A stretch of 63,980 nt of DNA, counting the filler, from Trypethelium eluteriae (lineage: Eukaryota), in NCBI GenBank assembly GCA_051942245.1. It is 4 parts of 4 records of this genome, joined end to end, with 100 filler letters (N's around TTAATTAATTAA, not from the genome) between each part and the next. Parts side by side here need not be neighbours in the genome. Positions count along the whole stretch, not along the records: positions 16,598 to 33,051 come from JAVECL010000620.1; positions 33,152 to 49,600 come from JAVECL010000621.1; 2 more parts are not named here. The stretch is one strand, 5' to 3'. Under the pieces are notes generated by a model that worked only from the letters and a program-made list of their open reading frames with translations, made no database searches and was not told the DNA's origin. Numbering within the stretch: position 1 is the first letter of the stretch; the number at the start of each line of letters is the position of its first letter. Below are positions 24,405-37,100 of the stretch, one piece after another. Made by a program: the position numbers and the translations under genes.

Positions 24405-25449
24405 TTAGGGCTTGTAGTATTTTCGCCAATCGTGTTCTTCCTTAAATTCAAGAACCTCCCTCGCCTTCCTGTTCGACAATGGTGCCTCCCATTCTCCCAT
24501 TTTTCTCTTTATCGGCGTATTCGGACATGCATTTTTCAGGAACTCTTCTGTTGGCTCCTTCGTCGTTATGGTGTCGTTGGTTGCATTGAAGACCTGGAAC
24601 CCAAGTCCGCTCTTCTGGATGGCCAAGTCGCATAGCTGACCGAGGTCTCGAGCGTCGATATACGACCAAGCATTCCGTTTTCTTGTCATCGGCTTGTTCA
24701 CGTAGGCAGGAAAGTCGCGTTCGTATTCGTGTGGTTCGATTACGTTGCCGATCCTAAAGGCATAAATGTCTGCACCAAACCTCTGGGCAAAGGTCCTCGC
24801 GGTTCTCTCTCCACAAAGCTTTGAGAGGGCATAGGTGTCCATGGGATTCACATCGTAATCTTCCTCGAGGGGGAAATAGTCGTAGTCGGAATCACCTTGG
24901 GCGAAGCAGACTCCGTAGGTCGTCTCACTGCTTGCAATGACGATTTTCTTCACTCCAAGCTTGCATGCTGCTTCAATGACGTTGTATGTTGCTGTAACAT
25001 TTCCTTTGAAACATTCGTTGTCAGGCACGAGCATGTTTCGAGCATAAGCAGCGAAATGGATGACAACATCTGGGGCCCGGGGAATATCCAGTCCCTCGTA
25101 TCCGGCGTAATTAAAGTGGGTTGTCATGGCATTGAAGACTTGGCCGCTGTCTGTGAGATCTGTCTTGAGAGTAAATACATCTGGATTGTCTAGCGGAACG
25201 AGATCAAGGTTTAGAACCTTGTGAACACGTTAGAATGACTGCCATTGAAAATCATCTGCGATGCCTGATTATATATACCTTGTGGCCCCTCTTGACAAGC
25301 TCTGGAATTACATGACGCCCGGCTTTCCCACTTCCTCCAGTAAAGACAATACGCTTGCCTGTAGACGCAGACATAGTATATCTCAATGGAAGCACAACTT
25401 TTGGACCAACAAAAAACTTTGATCTGATTAAATTGAGATTTGAAAACAT
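24405..25449 (-). CDS. NAD-dependent epimerase/dehydratase (extended SDR); alternative ATG at 25374
   Basis: Rossmann motif FTGGSGKAG, intron about 25219-25278, IASSETTYG, catalytic YALSK, WSYIDARDLG. Confidence 0.88.
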
Positions 25450-25669
25450 CTGAAATTCCCTGGGTAACTATCTAGAATAAATACCTAAGTCGATCTGCAA
25501 ATTTAGAGCATTTCATGACGTCGCTGCAAGACTTCGGCAATCCCTGCAAACAGCGGCGAACTTCCTCCGCATGTGCCTTTTTTCTCCGCCTCTAGACCCA
25601 TAGTCCAGCCGGCAGTTCCTCCGTTCCTCCAATATTACTACCTCTACACATGTCTCCTCGAGCGTATAG

Positions 25670-26661
25670 ATGACCGCCGGCTTAATGCGGAGGCTGTCGA
25701 CACACCGTCTCTTCCGCCTCCAAGATCCGCTTCCATCGAACAAAATTTACGCCGCTCCAGCTGCACCGTCAAAATTCTTTATCGCGAGAACCATCAAGCA
25801 ACCTTCCAGAGCGCTAGCCAATGTTCGCGACTTCGATTTAGACTCTCCAGAACTATGGTTCAGCGGTTCGATACCCACAAGATTTCCGGACCCTAAAGCT
25901 GTGGAAGGAGGCAAGCCACCAGATGGGCGGACAGTCAAGCTTGGGAAAAGTGAGTTGATTATTTGACTTGGACTATTGATACATCAAACGCTGATTTGTC
26001 TCTCTCAGCTGTCCGCATGCTACAGGAGCGGCTCCCAACCCTTCTAGCACACCCTTTACCGCAGGAAATACTCTCTCCACAAATAACCTTGCACCTGTTT
26101 CCCTCTACACATCCTCATCTTCCAAAGGTATCAGGCCGCATCGCATATGTTGCCGCATTATGGACAGCTCCGGTAGCATGGGGTCGGGTTCCGGTGGTTG
26201 GGAATGTCAATCTGATTATTCTTTCGGAACGAATGGTCAAGAACGGTTGCGCCAATAAGCACGGTCCGGGTAACGAGAAGCTCATCGTTCGATGGAAAAC
26301 TTGTGGCAAATCCAAAGGCAATAGCGACGAATCGATGCACGAGCCCGGCAGGAGTACCAGACAGGTTGACAAGATCCGGGAGGTCCTAGCTAGCGATGCG
26401 AAAGATGACAAGGAATTTTGCGGTCTCTTCATATTTGAGTTCGACGAGGAAGGCCGAATCTCTTCTCACATCATTGAGCATGCGGAGGAAGGGCGCAATT
26501 TCGACAAGATGACACGGGTGGTCAGCGTCACGGATTGGTTACTCGGAAAAGCTAAGGGAAGACAGCATGAGGAAGTTCCTGGGCTAGCACTGTGTGAGCA
26601 GGAGGAGCGAAGAGATGCATTACGGAGGCATCGCGAACGACGCAGAGAGGATCGATTTTAA
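25670..26661 (+). CDS. Conserved hypothetical protein, probably mitochondrial
   Basis: Two exons (intron about 25950-26008); Arg-rich N-terminus MTAGLMRRLSTHRLFR; LSPQITLHLFPSTHPHLP and GLFIFEFDEEGRI..HIIE resemble a conserved fungal family. Confidence 0.7.
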
Positions 26662-27414
26662 GCGCCAAATGTATATTTGTCTCCCCACTTTTTACCTGTA
26701 CAGAGCATTGTGGTCCACACGGATGGCGTTCGTAATGGGACTACGGGATACCTTTAGGAATTGGGACCACCACGCTCATGGAGTTTTAAGCGATTATATT
26801 ATTATATTATTAGTATATAAGCGAAGAGCAGTCCGTATTGCTACGCATTGTGCGATAATGATGTGATGGTACCAAGAATAGGCTTCCGTTGTTGAGGTTG
26901 AAAGCAAAGCTGTCATGACTTGATGCGGCTCAACAGTAGACCCGAGCTGCAAATTCGGCATCGGCAGTGGACGAAGACGGTTGGTTGCGTGCGCCTTGCA
27001 GAAGTATGAAAAGGTCAGGCGTCGAGTGGGCAGTCGAGGTGGGATGGGGAATGGGATGGCGGCGGGCGCTTCTTTGCTGGCACTGCATGGCTGGCACACG
27101 CTGCAGACAGCAAGCGGAGAAGGCCATCTCCCCTGCCAATCAGCATTTCATCCTTTTGACTAACCGGCCCGGTTTTCAACTCTCGTTCTTCTACCATTTC
27201 TTCTCGGCCTCCCAACTTCTCCTTCAATTCCAGAGCCAGGAGGGTGTGTTCTGTCATTGTGGGACAGCTCTTGAGAGCTCCATCTCTAGCCGTTGCTGCG
27301 TCCGCCGCATCCCGCGCTTAGCTTGCAGCTAGCTCGGGAGACAGCATCAACCAGAGAACGTCAGCATATGCGGCCAACTCGTTCAGTCTTTAATTCCATA
27401 ACACGTCGTCAGCT

Positions 27415-30400
27415 ATGGCGGATTTGAACGGAGGTACTGATCCAAGTATGTTACCATCCTCTCGACCTTCGCGTCGATTCTACAGCAGCTAATATGAACG
27501 TCTCCCCCTACAGGTCTACCCCAACTGAACCTCACGCCAGACGAGAAACGAGTCTTCGGCCAGCTGTTTCAGCAAGCAGATACAGATGGCATAGGCGTTG
27601 TTACGGGCGAAGTTGCTGTCAAGTTCTTCGAGCGAACAAAATTGGCACCATCCGTTTTGGGAGAGGTATGCTAAGAGTACCGACAGAGCTGTTGATGCCA
27701 AATGGTTTAACGAGACCTTCTAGATATGGCAGATTGCAGATACAGAAAACAGAGGGCTACTCACGAAAGCGGGCTTCTGCGTAGTACTGCGTCTTATAGG
27801 ACATTATCAAGCAAATCGGGATCCTACTCCGGAACTTGCCTATCGACGTAAGCCAATCCATTTGATTGAAATGAAGTGTACTGATCATCTTATCGACAGC
27901 CGGTCCACTTCCTAAATTTGAAGGCCTCGCACTGCCATCAGCTGCTCCGCCACCGGCTGGTCCTGCACCCACACTGCAACCTCAATCGAGTGGTGGTCCT
28001 ATACGAGTGCCTCCTTTGACACCTGATAAAGTCAATGAATACTCGTCCTTATTCGAAAAGTCAGGAGCTCAAAATGGGGTTCTTTCCGGTGAGGAGAACA
28101 CATTCGAACACACATTATTGTGGCATAAATTGACGGGCGACAGGCGAGAGTGCTAAACAGATATTCGAAAAGGCCCGGCTACCGAACGATGTGCTCGGGC
28201 GAATATGGAATCTCGCTGATACAGAGCAACGAGGCGCTCTCAATGTGACCGATTTCATCATTGCAATGCATTTGCTGGCATCGTACAAGAGCGGCGCTAT
28301 GCGGGCATTGCCCCAGTTCCTGCCTCCTGGCCTCTACGAGGCGGCGTCGCGACGAACACCTACTACCGCGATACCCAGGCAATTCAGTGGCACCAACAGC
28401 GCGCAACGCGGCCAGAGCCCTGTCCTTCGACCACCTTTCGGAGCTTCACCCCAAGCTACGCAGCAACCTAAGAGTGATTGGCTGGTCAATCAAGAAGAGA
28501 AGTCAAAATACGATAGTTTCTTCGCAAAGCTAGACACTGAACGCAAAGGATACATCACTGGAGAACAGGCCGTACGTTTCTTTAGTGATTCCGCCTTACC
28601 CGAAGAAATCCTGGCTTCAATCTGGGACTTGGCCGACATCAACTCTGAGGGTCAACTCAACCAAGACGAATTCGCTGTTGCCATGTACCTAATCCGCCAG
28701 CAACGAGGTGCTGATAAACCGCCATTACCTTCCAGCCTGCCTTCAGCTTTGGTTCCACCCAGCATGAGAGCTCAATCTCGACCGGCACCGCAACCCACTG
28801 CCCCTGCCTTCAACAATGCAGCCTATTCGTCACAACTGCCGAAGTCTGCATCTGAAGATCTCTTCGGTCTTGATGCCTTCTCTAGTTCTGCCCCTGAGCA
28901 AGTTCATCAGTCGACAGGTGGATCTGGTTCAGTCAACAAACCTTTTGATTCAGATCCTTTCGCTGGAAGCAAAGCTACTTCGCCCACCTCACCGCAATCT
29001 GGGGGCTTTCAATCGCAGGCGCCATCAAGTTTTCAACAACCCCAGGCTCGAAATCCTGCAAACGTCTTCAAACCGTTTCAACCGACATCGGCCTTTGGTC
29101 AAGGTTTAACTAGCCAGGGCACCGGTTCAAGCGACCGAACACCGCAGCGCGCTCAAACATCAGTAATGGATGATGATTTGCTTGGTGACAATGATCCAGA
29201 AGTTAGCAAGAAGCTGACCTCAGAGACTACGGAGCTGGCAAACATGTCGAACCAAATCAGTACCTTGCGTAATCAAATGCAAGATGTCCAAAAGAAGAAG
29301 ACTGCCACCGAATCGGACATATCATCCACAAGCACGCAGAAGAGAGATCTTGAACTCCGCTTGTCCCAGTTTCGCTCACAATACGAGCAAGAAGTTCAGC
29401 AGGTCAAGTCATTAGAGGAGCGACTTAACACCTCCCGTAATGAAACGAAAAAATTGCAGCAGGAGCTTGCGATGATACAAGGAACATATCAAGACCTCCA
29501 GAGTCAGCACCGTCAAGTGGCCACCGCCTTCGAAGCCGATCAGCGCGAGAATGCCAATCTAAAAGATCGCCTCAGGCAGATGAATACCGAGATCAGCCAA
29601 CTCCGCCCGCAACTCGATAAGATGCGATCTGATGCACGCCAGCAAAAAGGAATGGTAGCTATCAACAAGAAGCAAGTCTCCACTACTGAAGGCGAACGTG
29701 ATAAGATCAAAGGCGAAATGGATGATTTAAACAAGGCAAGCCAAGAACGTGCGCGTAATGCCCAGCCGTCTGGAACTGAGGCTGCTTCGTCAGTTGTCAG
29801 CCCAGCCCCTTCGACTGCAAGCCAAAGCACAAATCCCTTTTTCCGAAAACAGTCATCCACGTCGGTTTCTGAGAGAACCCTGTCACCATCTGTGGCGACT
29901 CGCGAAGCACCCACTGCCCAAGCCCAAAATAATTTTGACAGTGTGTTCGGGCCGTCATATACCTCTGCGCGAACGAACACACCACCACAAACATCCTTTC
30001 GTGCAGAGCCAAGCGTTCCCTCATTCACTGGGGCCTCCGGACCATCAGTGAACTCTTCTGATGGGCCTTCCTATCCTACGCCTTCAACCTCTCCTCCCTC
30101 GTCCTCTTACCGCGATTCGCCACATACTAATGAACCTCCAGCACCTCCAGAATCTCGTCAGATCACCTCAACTAACCTACCATTGAGGACCACATCCCGT
30201 ACTGACTCAATGAGCTCATCCGTAAAGGTTTCTGCTCCTGCCAGTCGTCATGAGCCGGCAGGGTCAGATACACCTACGACTTACGGCGCCTCTCCAGCAC
30301 CAACGCCAAGTCAGGAAGGGGGATCCAATCGTGGGTTGGACAGAGCAGATACGTCAAGGACCGACACGAGCAACTTTGGCTTCTCATCATTCGATAGAAA

Positions 30401-32079
30401 TAGCACCAGTTCCCCAGCTGCAAGTACAGCTAGCGATGTAGCTCGGTCTGGATTAAAGCCAGAAGAATCGCGGGAGACATCAAGAATCTTCGGCCCATCA
30501 ACTGCAACTATGAATGAAATCCCTGGCGCTTTTCCGGCTACACCTGCAGATCAGATCACACCAACAGGGGAAAGTACCAACCGCGACAGGAACAAGGCGA
30601 CTCACGAGCCGTTGCGTCCTCAAGCAGACCCGAAGGTCGATTTCGATGCGGCTTTTGCAGACTTTGGACCTCCACAGCAAGCACAGGAGCGGCCGCAGTC
30701 CAGCGGTAGCGGAACACAGCATCACGGTTCGTCGAAGTTCAATCAGGAGTTCCCACCCATCGAAGAACTTCATCGACAGGAAGATAGTGATTCAGAAGAG
30801 GAACGGGGCTTTCATGATAACTTCACTTCCGCATCGCCAAAGACAAAGAAAAGCAAGGATCTTCAGCACTCCCGAAATATCAGTGGCATCAGCTCGAACA
30901 CTGGTGCAGGTGTTGACGGATCCCAAGAACAGCGTCCTACAATCAGCCAAATGACGTCGAGTGCCAGTGTTCAACTCCCTACTCCGAATGCGCAGAAATC
31001 ACCACCAAGCTACGACCAGGCTGTAACTACCCAATCCAATGGACGAAGCGGTTCCAACCAATTTCCCCCCGAATTTGGCGGCCTTCTTCCCTCTCGCGAG
31101 GATCCAACATCAAGCCCAGAACCTCGCTCGCCCGAGCGGACCTTCAGCGGCAGCTTGGCAAGCAGTGGCATGACGAGCGGCCAAGCGCTATTTGGGGGGT
31201 CGGCTCCAAGCAAAACTACACCATTCGATGCGCCACAGGGATTCTCAAGTTCACCTCCACCTGCGGATACTCCCGCCTCTACATCCAATTCTGAGGCCTA
31301 TCATTCGGCTACCTCGCATCCTAGCGGGGGCGACAAGAGCGGCGCTCCTTCCGGTCAGCTTGGCCAACCTAATAAGTCAGCCTTTCCTGATGATTTCGAC
31401 TCTGGCTTCGACGATCTTGCGGAGGCGAAAGAAGATGACAAGGGTGGGGACGACGATCTCATGTTTGGGTCTCAACATCGCGAGGGTCTCGACGAATTCA
31501 ACCCTGTTTTCGATTCGCCTGCGGCATCCAAGTCGAATACGGTCGCCTCACAGCCTACACCCACTGGCACCCAAGGCCGCACAGAAGACTCGTTCCATGA
31601 TTTCGAGCACAGCCTTGGTGGAGCGCCGCAGTCGTTTGGCTCCGGCAAAGCGCCTCAGCAACCTCAGCCATCTTCATCGCATGACTGGGATGCGATCTTT
31701 TCTGGCCTCGATGCTCCTCAGAACGAGAAGTTCTCTGACCTTGGAGCTTCCGTATCTGCAAAGCCGTCTGCCTTTGACGATGACAAGACTCCTACGGCGA
31801 GCCTTGGTCCTTCTGGGACTGGGTCGGCGAACTTGTCTCCGCCTACTCAGACACAGATGCCGCAGTTGGGACGTGCGATCAGCTCTGGAACTGAACACGA
31901 TGATCCGATCCTGAAGAAGCTGACTGGGATGGGATATGCGAGAGCGGACGCACTGCATGCGTTGGAGAAGTACGATTATGATATCAACGCGGTAAGTCCT
32001 GGCAACTTGAAAGAACTGAGATGGAGATGATTGATGATTCTTACAGGCAGCCGATTATCTCACAGCCGATCAACGTTGA
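27415..32079 (+). CDS. EDE1: Endocytic scaffold Ede1/Eps15 (3 EH domains, coiled coil, UBA)
   Basis: EH motifs LGEIWQIADTENRG, LGRIWNLAD and LASIWDLADINSEG; coiled coil; NPF/DPF motifs; UBA LTGMGYARADALHALEKYDYDINAAADYL after the last intron 31992-32046. Confidence 0.94.
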
Positions 32080-32535
32080 GTCCGATCCTTCTTTACGGGA
32101 TCATCTTGGTTGAAAAACCAGCCCCCAATTCCTTTCAGTAATTAATTTCTCACTGTGAATTGTACATTTCCGGAGCTACCATTTGGGAAAATGCCGACTT
32201 TCACTTCATTGCAGTCAAAGCAAATCTACCAACGACAGTGTGTATGTATGCGAGGTTTCACTCTGTATAGCGACCTTGTTCCTTTGTGGCCCTATTTCGC
32301 CTTCCGTATTTAGTCGTATAATAATACATTTCACTCGCTATTGGTCGCAGACCCATGATAGCCGCCTTCAGAGGTATGCGATACCGAACAGAAATGTAGG
32401 TCTTGTGAACTCCCTGAATGACGCCTTGCCAAATATACAGAACCTTCATGTATGCTCCATCATCTTCCTCATGTAATAATTCCCTGCGATGGCTCTTTTT
32501 CTGAAGACCCAACGTACGAGCACGGAAGCCGATGT

Positions 32536-33051
32536 TCAAAACAACCACACATACCAGAACAGCAATATCACAGCCCCGAAAAACGCGAGCCAAATCTTCC
32601 AGCTTACCCCTGACCGCTCCGCCATCCGCAACATCCGGTTCATAGTACCCCGTAGCCGTACACGAGTGCTATCGAAGGAATCGTTCATCTTCTCCGCCAA
32701 AGCCGTCGAATCGCGGATCTCGTCGCCGATTGAAACCGTAAGCTGTTCATCCATCCTCACATTAGCATCTGTCACTTCCTTCCCCATAGAACCCCAAGAC
32801 GCCTCCCATGCATAATCCCCCACCACCTCCACATTACTCGACCCCGCCAGAAAATAGCGACCAAGCACAGACAGGAAAGAAACACTCACATCCTTCAACA
32901 TCCTCACCTTCGCACTAATCCCCTCCACCTGCGCATCATTCTGGCTCTCCAGCTCATTCAACACCGCATCGCTATACTGGCCCCGCTTATTCGGTGTCGC
33001 GCTCCGAAACCCACCATTCGCCGCCATTGCGTCCCCCCCACCATTCATCCC
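32536..33051 (-). CDS. BET1: Qc-SNARE Bet1, 5' truncated by the spacer
   Basis: FRSATPNKRGQYSDAVLNELESQND, SAKVRMLKD|LTVSIGDEIRDS (intron 32743-32889), C-terminal transmembrane segment. Confidence 0.88.
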   Translation of the reverse strand, partial: GMNGGGDAMAANGGFRSATPNKRGQYSDAVLNELESQNDAQVEGISAKVRMLKDVSVSFLSVLGRYFLAGSSNVEVVGDYAWEASWGSMGKEVTDANVRMDEQLTVSIGDEIRDSTALAEKMNDSFDSTRVRLRGTMNRMLRMAERSGVSWKIWLAFFGAVILLFWYVWLF

Positions 33052-33151
33052 NNNNNNNNNNNNNNNNNNNNNNNNNNNNNNNNNNNNNNNNNNNNTTAAT
33101 TAATTAANNNNNNNNNNNNNNNNNNNNNNNNNNNNNNNNNNNNNNNNNNNN
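33052..33151. other. Artificial contig spacer N44-TTAATTAATTAA-N44
   Basis: Same 100-bp structure as the other spacers. Confidence 0.98.
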
Positions 33152-34125
33152 TGGAATTACAAGGGATGCAAGTCAGTTGGAGAGGATGAGCGGGGAGGGT
33201 GATGCTTGGCTTGGGCGAAAGAACCGGGTGAGGAGATGTTGTGGTAGGAGGAGTGGTTGTGGGCAGGCGCTTCTGTTGGGACTGACAATGGCAAGTGGAG
33301 AAGTTGGATACGTGTGGTCTTGGAAAGCGAGGGGTCAAAGCCACGAACGAGAAAAGAGTTCGATTGCATATGGGACTGGATAGACAAAACGGGTTGGTAT
33401 CGAGTCAACAGCCTGTCGGAGAAGGTGGTAGGAGTTATGAAGCATCGGTTCACGGATAGATAAAAGAGAGATCTTGAGTTGGATCTAGTCAAGCAGACGA
33501 TGCCGCCACTGAGTGTATACGGTGGATGCAGCAGCTAGTCAGGCTTTTTTTATTATAGACAGGGTCGATTTGGATGGTACGTTCCCCAGGTCTGGATTTG
33601 GCTATGTTTTTTCTCTGGGCGAGTACGAAAAGGATCTTGGCTCTGTTTTTGTACGGGTAATATTAATGTGGGAAGTAATTTAGAGCGAATCCTACCAGAA
33701 AAGTTTCTTTGACGGCAGTCCAGATATATTGGGAAATCTCAAAGTCTTCACGATTAGTAAATCTAACTCAGTGTTGGAGATCTTTCGACGAGATCTTCGG
33801 CGTACTGTTTGCCCGTTATTTATGTTGGACAATACTTTGAGTCCAGTGGTTTGGTACCATAATGGTTCTTCAACATGTTTTGGGCATTCATCTTCTCCCT
33901 TCCACTCCCTTGAGCCCTGCTTACTCTTTTCGACCCACAATTCACATCCTATTCCCAGATCGACGTCACGGCTCCATAGTAGGTTGAGGCTAGTTCTGCA
34001 AGTCAGGCTTCCGATGCTCAAGGCCAAGTGAAATGGTAGTTTTTCTACCCCCGTGGCCACGGTTTGTTGAGACTGAAGGTGGCCGTTTGGATAACGACCT
34101 GAAACCTAATTGGGGCCTTTTGAGG

Positions 34126-34151
34126 TTTTTTTTTTTTTTTTTTTTTTTTTT
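34126..34151 (+). repeat. Poly-T homopolymer (26 nt)
   Basis: Read directly from the sequence. Confidence 0.9.
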
Positions 34152-37100
34152 GGAAAAGAGTGGGATTATAAGAAATTTCTTTTGCGATATTTGGCTTGGT
34201 GACCGAGTGAAATCCAACTACGGATTTTTTAAATCTTGCTAAGGGGCTCACAGAACGTGTAAATGTCAAAGATCTCGCCTAGCCCAATGCCACCAAGCCT
34301 CATTTACCTCTAAGTTTACTTTGCTAAATCGTCTCGGACTTATTTGGAAGCGAATTTCGTTATACCCTGGCGACACAACATCCGAGGCGGTGTCATCAGG
34401 AGCTTGTAGGAGGTTGTGTGTCAGAAGTCCCATCTGCTTATTGCATATGCCAAGAAGACCTCTCAAATAAACTGGGATGAATCAATCCCAATGCCAAGGT
34501 AGTACAGCATGATGAGAAATTAGGAAGTCAAGGGCGTAGCTGAATCTCATGGGTTGACGGATATTGTAAGCGTGCTTGGCCTTGGACTGCCCTGATTATC
34601 CGTGTGACTGGAAGACTTTGTCTCTGACTCGCTCACGGTGCCTGATCAGATGGACCAACATTTGCAAGCATGTGGAAGGAATAGCAACTAGGTTCGTGAG
34701 ACTGTTCCTTGAGTCTGTTTTATGCCATCGTCAACATCCACCTAATCATTTGCTGAGCAATAATTATGTGACCCCAACCCTTAGATCCAACAGTAGTAGA
34801 GTAAGCTCGCAGCGAAGACGATCTGGTTGCGTGCATGCTGGCTACCACGGGACAATTATTCCGTAAGAATGATCAAACAAAGGGATTCGAGTAATTAGCT
34901 ATCGCCTTAGTAAGTTAGATCTTTAGGGCTTCGGAGAAGAGATTGTAAGCCAGTAGCAAGGCGGAAACATGGAGCACACGGGCCAGCGGCTGATCGCCGG
35001 CGGTTGATCTGCGCAAGCTTGGGACGCGTGGTCGAAGGCTAAATGCTCGTCAGAAGTCCCGATTCTGAGAGTTTCATCTGACAGTGTATCAGAGTACCTT
35101 ACCACCTTACCTTAGGCATCCGGCGAACCTGAGGCAATTAGTGCCGAGACACTAGCCACCCTAGCCATTTGAAACTAGCAAGCGCACTTGCCCAAAGAGT
35201 CACCATCTATGCGACTGTGTTCTGCAGAGTCAGATTACAGAAACGGTTTAATGATTTGAAGGAACGTTTCCTATTTCTTACTCGTGGTAGTTAAATCATG
35301 TATGCAAGAGGAACAGTCAGTATGCACCCTATCCTATGTACCGTGTTTCGAGTTTGAATTCTACGGTCAATTAGTAGCCATCTCTTCCGCACAAAGGGCC
35401 TCGTTGGTTGCATAAAATTGCCAAGAGAAAGGGCGATCTCTAGTCCGGGGATCAAATCATGTCATTGGAGATTGGTGGAAAGACTACAGTGACACAGTTC
35501 TCGCGGAGATCTACGAGACGGTGATATGGCCTTTTGAAGGACTTCCCGGAATTCTAATTGAGGTGAACTGTTAGGAGGATATCGTTCGCTTCTGATTTGC
35601 CTCCATGACTACTCCATATAATCTCTATGCGGAGCGAGACTTGTCAGCACCTTTTTGTCATTCAGCTTTTCTTACATCATAATGGGTGTATGACGGAATG
35701 TTCCCGAAAGGTAAGCGAAAAGCTCTAGCGCATCAGCGCAACTTCAATTCCCGGTCAATATTCAAGAGAATGAATATTGCACTATTTTTGGGTGTTAAAA
35801 AAATATTGCATACCTTTGGAACCTTTTTAGATGACTTGAATGGAAGGCATCCGAATGGCTCCAGCGATGCGGGGACGGTTCAGGCCACCGGCCACCTCAA
35901 CTTCGCTTTGTCTAGCTCCCGGGATATTTGGTACTCAAAGGCGCAGGTTTCCAGAATTCCGTCCAATCGACAGGGCTGCCGCAGTAAGGAAAAGCTTGTG
36001 ATTCAAGTGAATCAACCAATCGGAGCCGGAAACGTAATTTTCTTCCCTATGGCCTGCATTGAAAGCATGCCGTGCCGTATTCCCAAACCCAGGCGTCCTA
36101 AAAATGATCGGACTCTGCAAGTACTTGCTTGATCGTGGCCTGTAAAAACCGAGGATAGCGTGCAGAGGAAGTGATGCTGGACCGCCGCCGTGATCGTGAC
36201 GTCCGCACTTGCGTGGCGAATGGGCAGTGTCTAGCTCTTCGAGTAAATGACAGCAATTGCTCGTTTACTCCGGATTAAGGTTTCAGGTTCCGATCCAATG
36301 TCGCCGCGAGAATGATGGATAAGACGACTTCACCGACTGTGGAGAGGGCTGTCCATCATCATACTAAATATCAAACATCTGCTAACCAACAACCCGGAGG
36401 GTATGTATAGTCAGCCGGTTGTATTCAGGTACCTAACTCAATTTGCTCTTGATGCTACAACTGTGTATTAAACGGAGACTCGGCGTGGGCCATTGACTCA
36501 TTTATTCGCCAGGCTTACAGTACCAGGCTCCAAGCTGTTGTAATGATGATAAGGGCGCACTCATACAAGCCTTGCCGAGTGCTGAGAAATGGGAGGTGGC
36601 TTTGGTCAGGCTACCCTAGCCGTCGCACAAAGGGGTCGAATGCAGCAATTATGCTGTGTGACCAGGACAAGGTCGGCCGAGATCTGTTCAAGGGATGAAC
36701 AGAGTCTGGACGATCTCTCAGCCGGCCACGCGACAGTGTGGAACAAGCGAAGAAAAGGGCCCAAACTTCGACGGGCGGCCGCATTGCAGAAATAGTAACA
36801 ATATCATTGGCCGCTCCCTAGCGTGCTGCTGTGGTGGCTTAGACCCCAACAACAGCACCCAATATTCAACGCCGCAGACCGCCTTTATTGATGTGAGTAT
36901 TGTGAGATAATCGTGCGAGATTCAAGTGGCAAACACCCCGTCCAAAATTTTGGGCTTGAGCCTCACGATGTCACTGTCCCGTTGCGACGGTAGCGTCGAA
37001 TGTTATGGGAACACTCACGGAAGTCTGACGCGGCGACGTCATGCTCAGCCCTACGCCATGTTGCCTCGGGGCGTCGGTGTGGCTTTGCTGCTGGTAGAGT

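Noticed and set aside
33152..33463. 3' fragment of a gene at the contig start
   Set aside because: An intron-like stretch and open frames are present, but I could not determine the frame or product.
34192..34230. tRNA-like start GGCTTGGTGACCGAGTG
   Set aside because: No anticodon arm, B box or matching acceptor strand found nearby.
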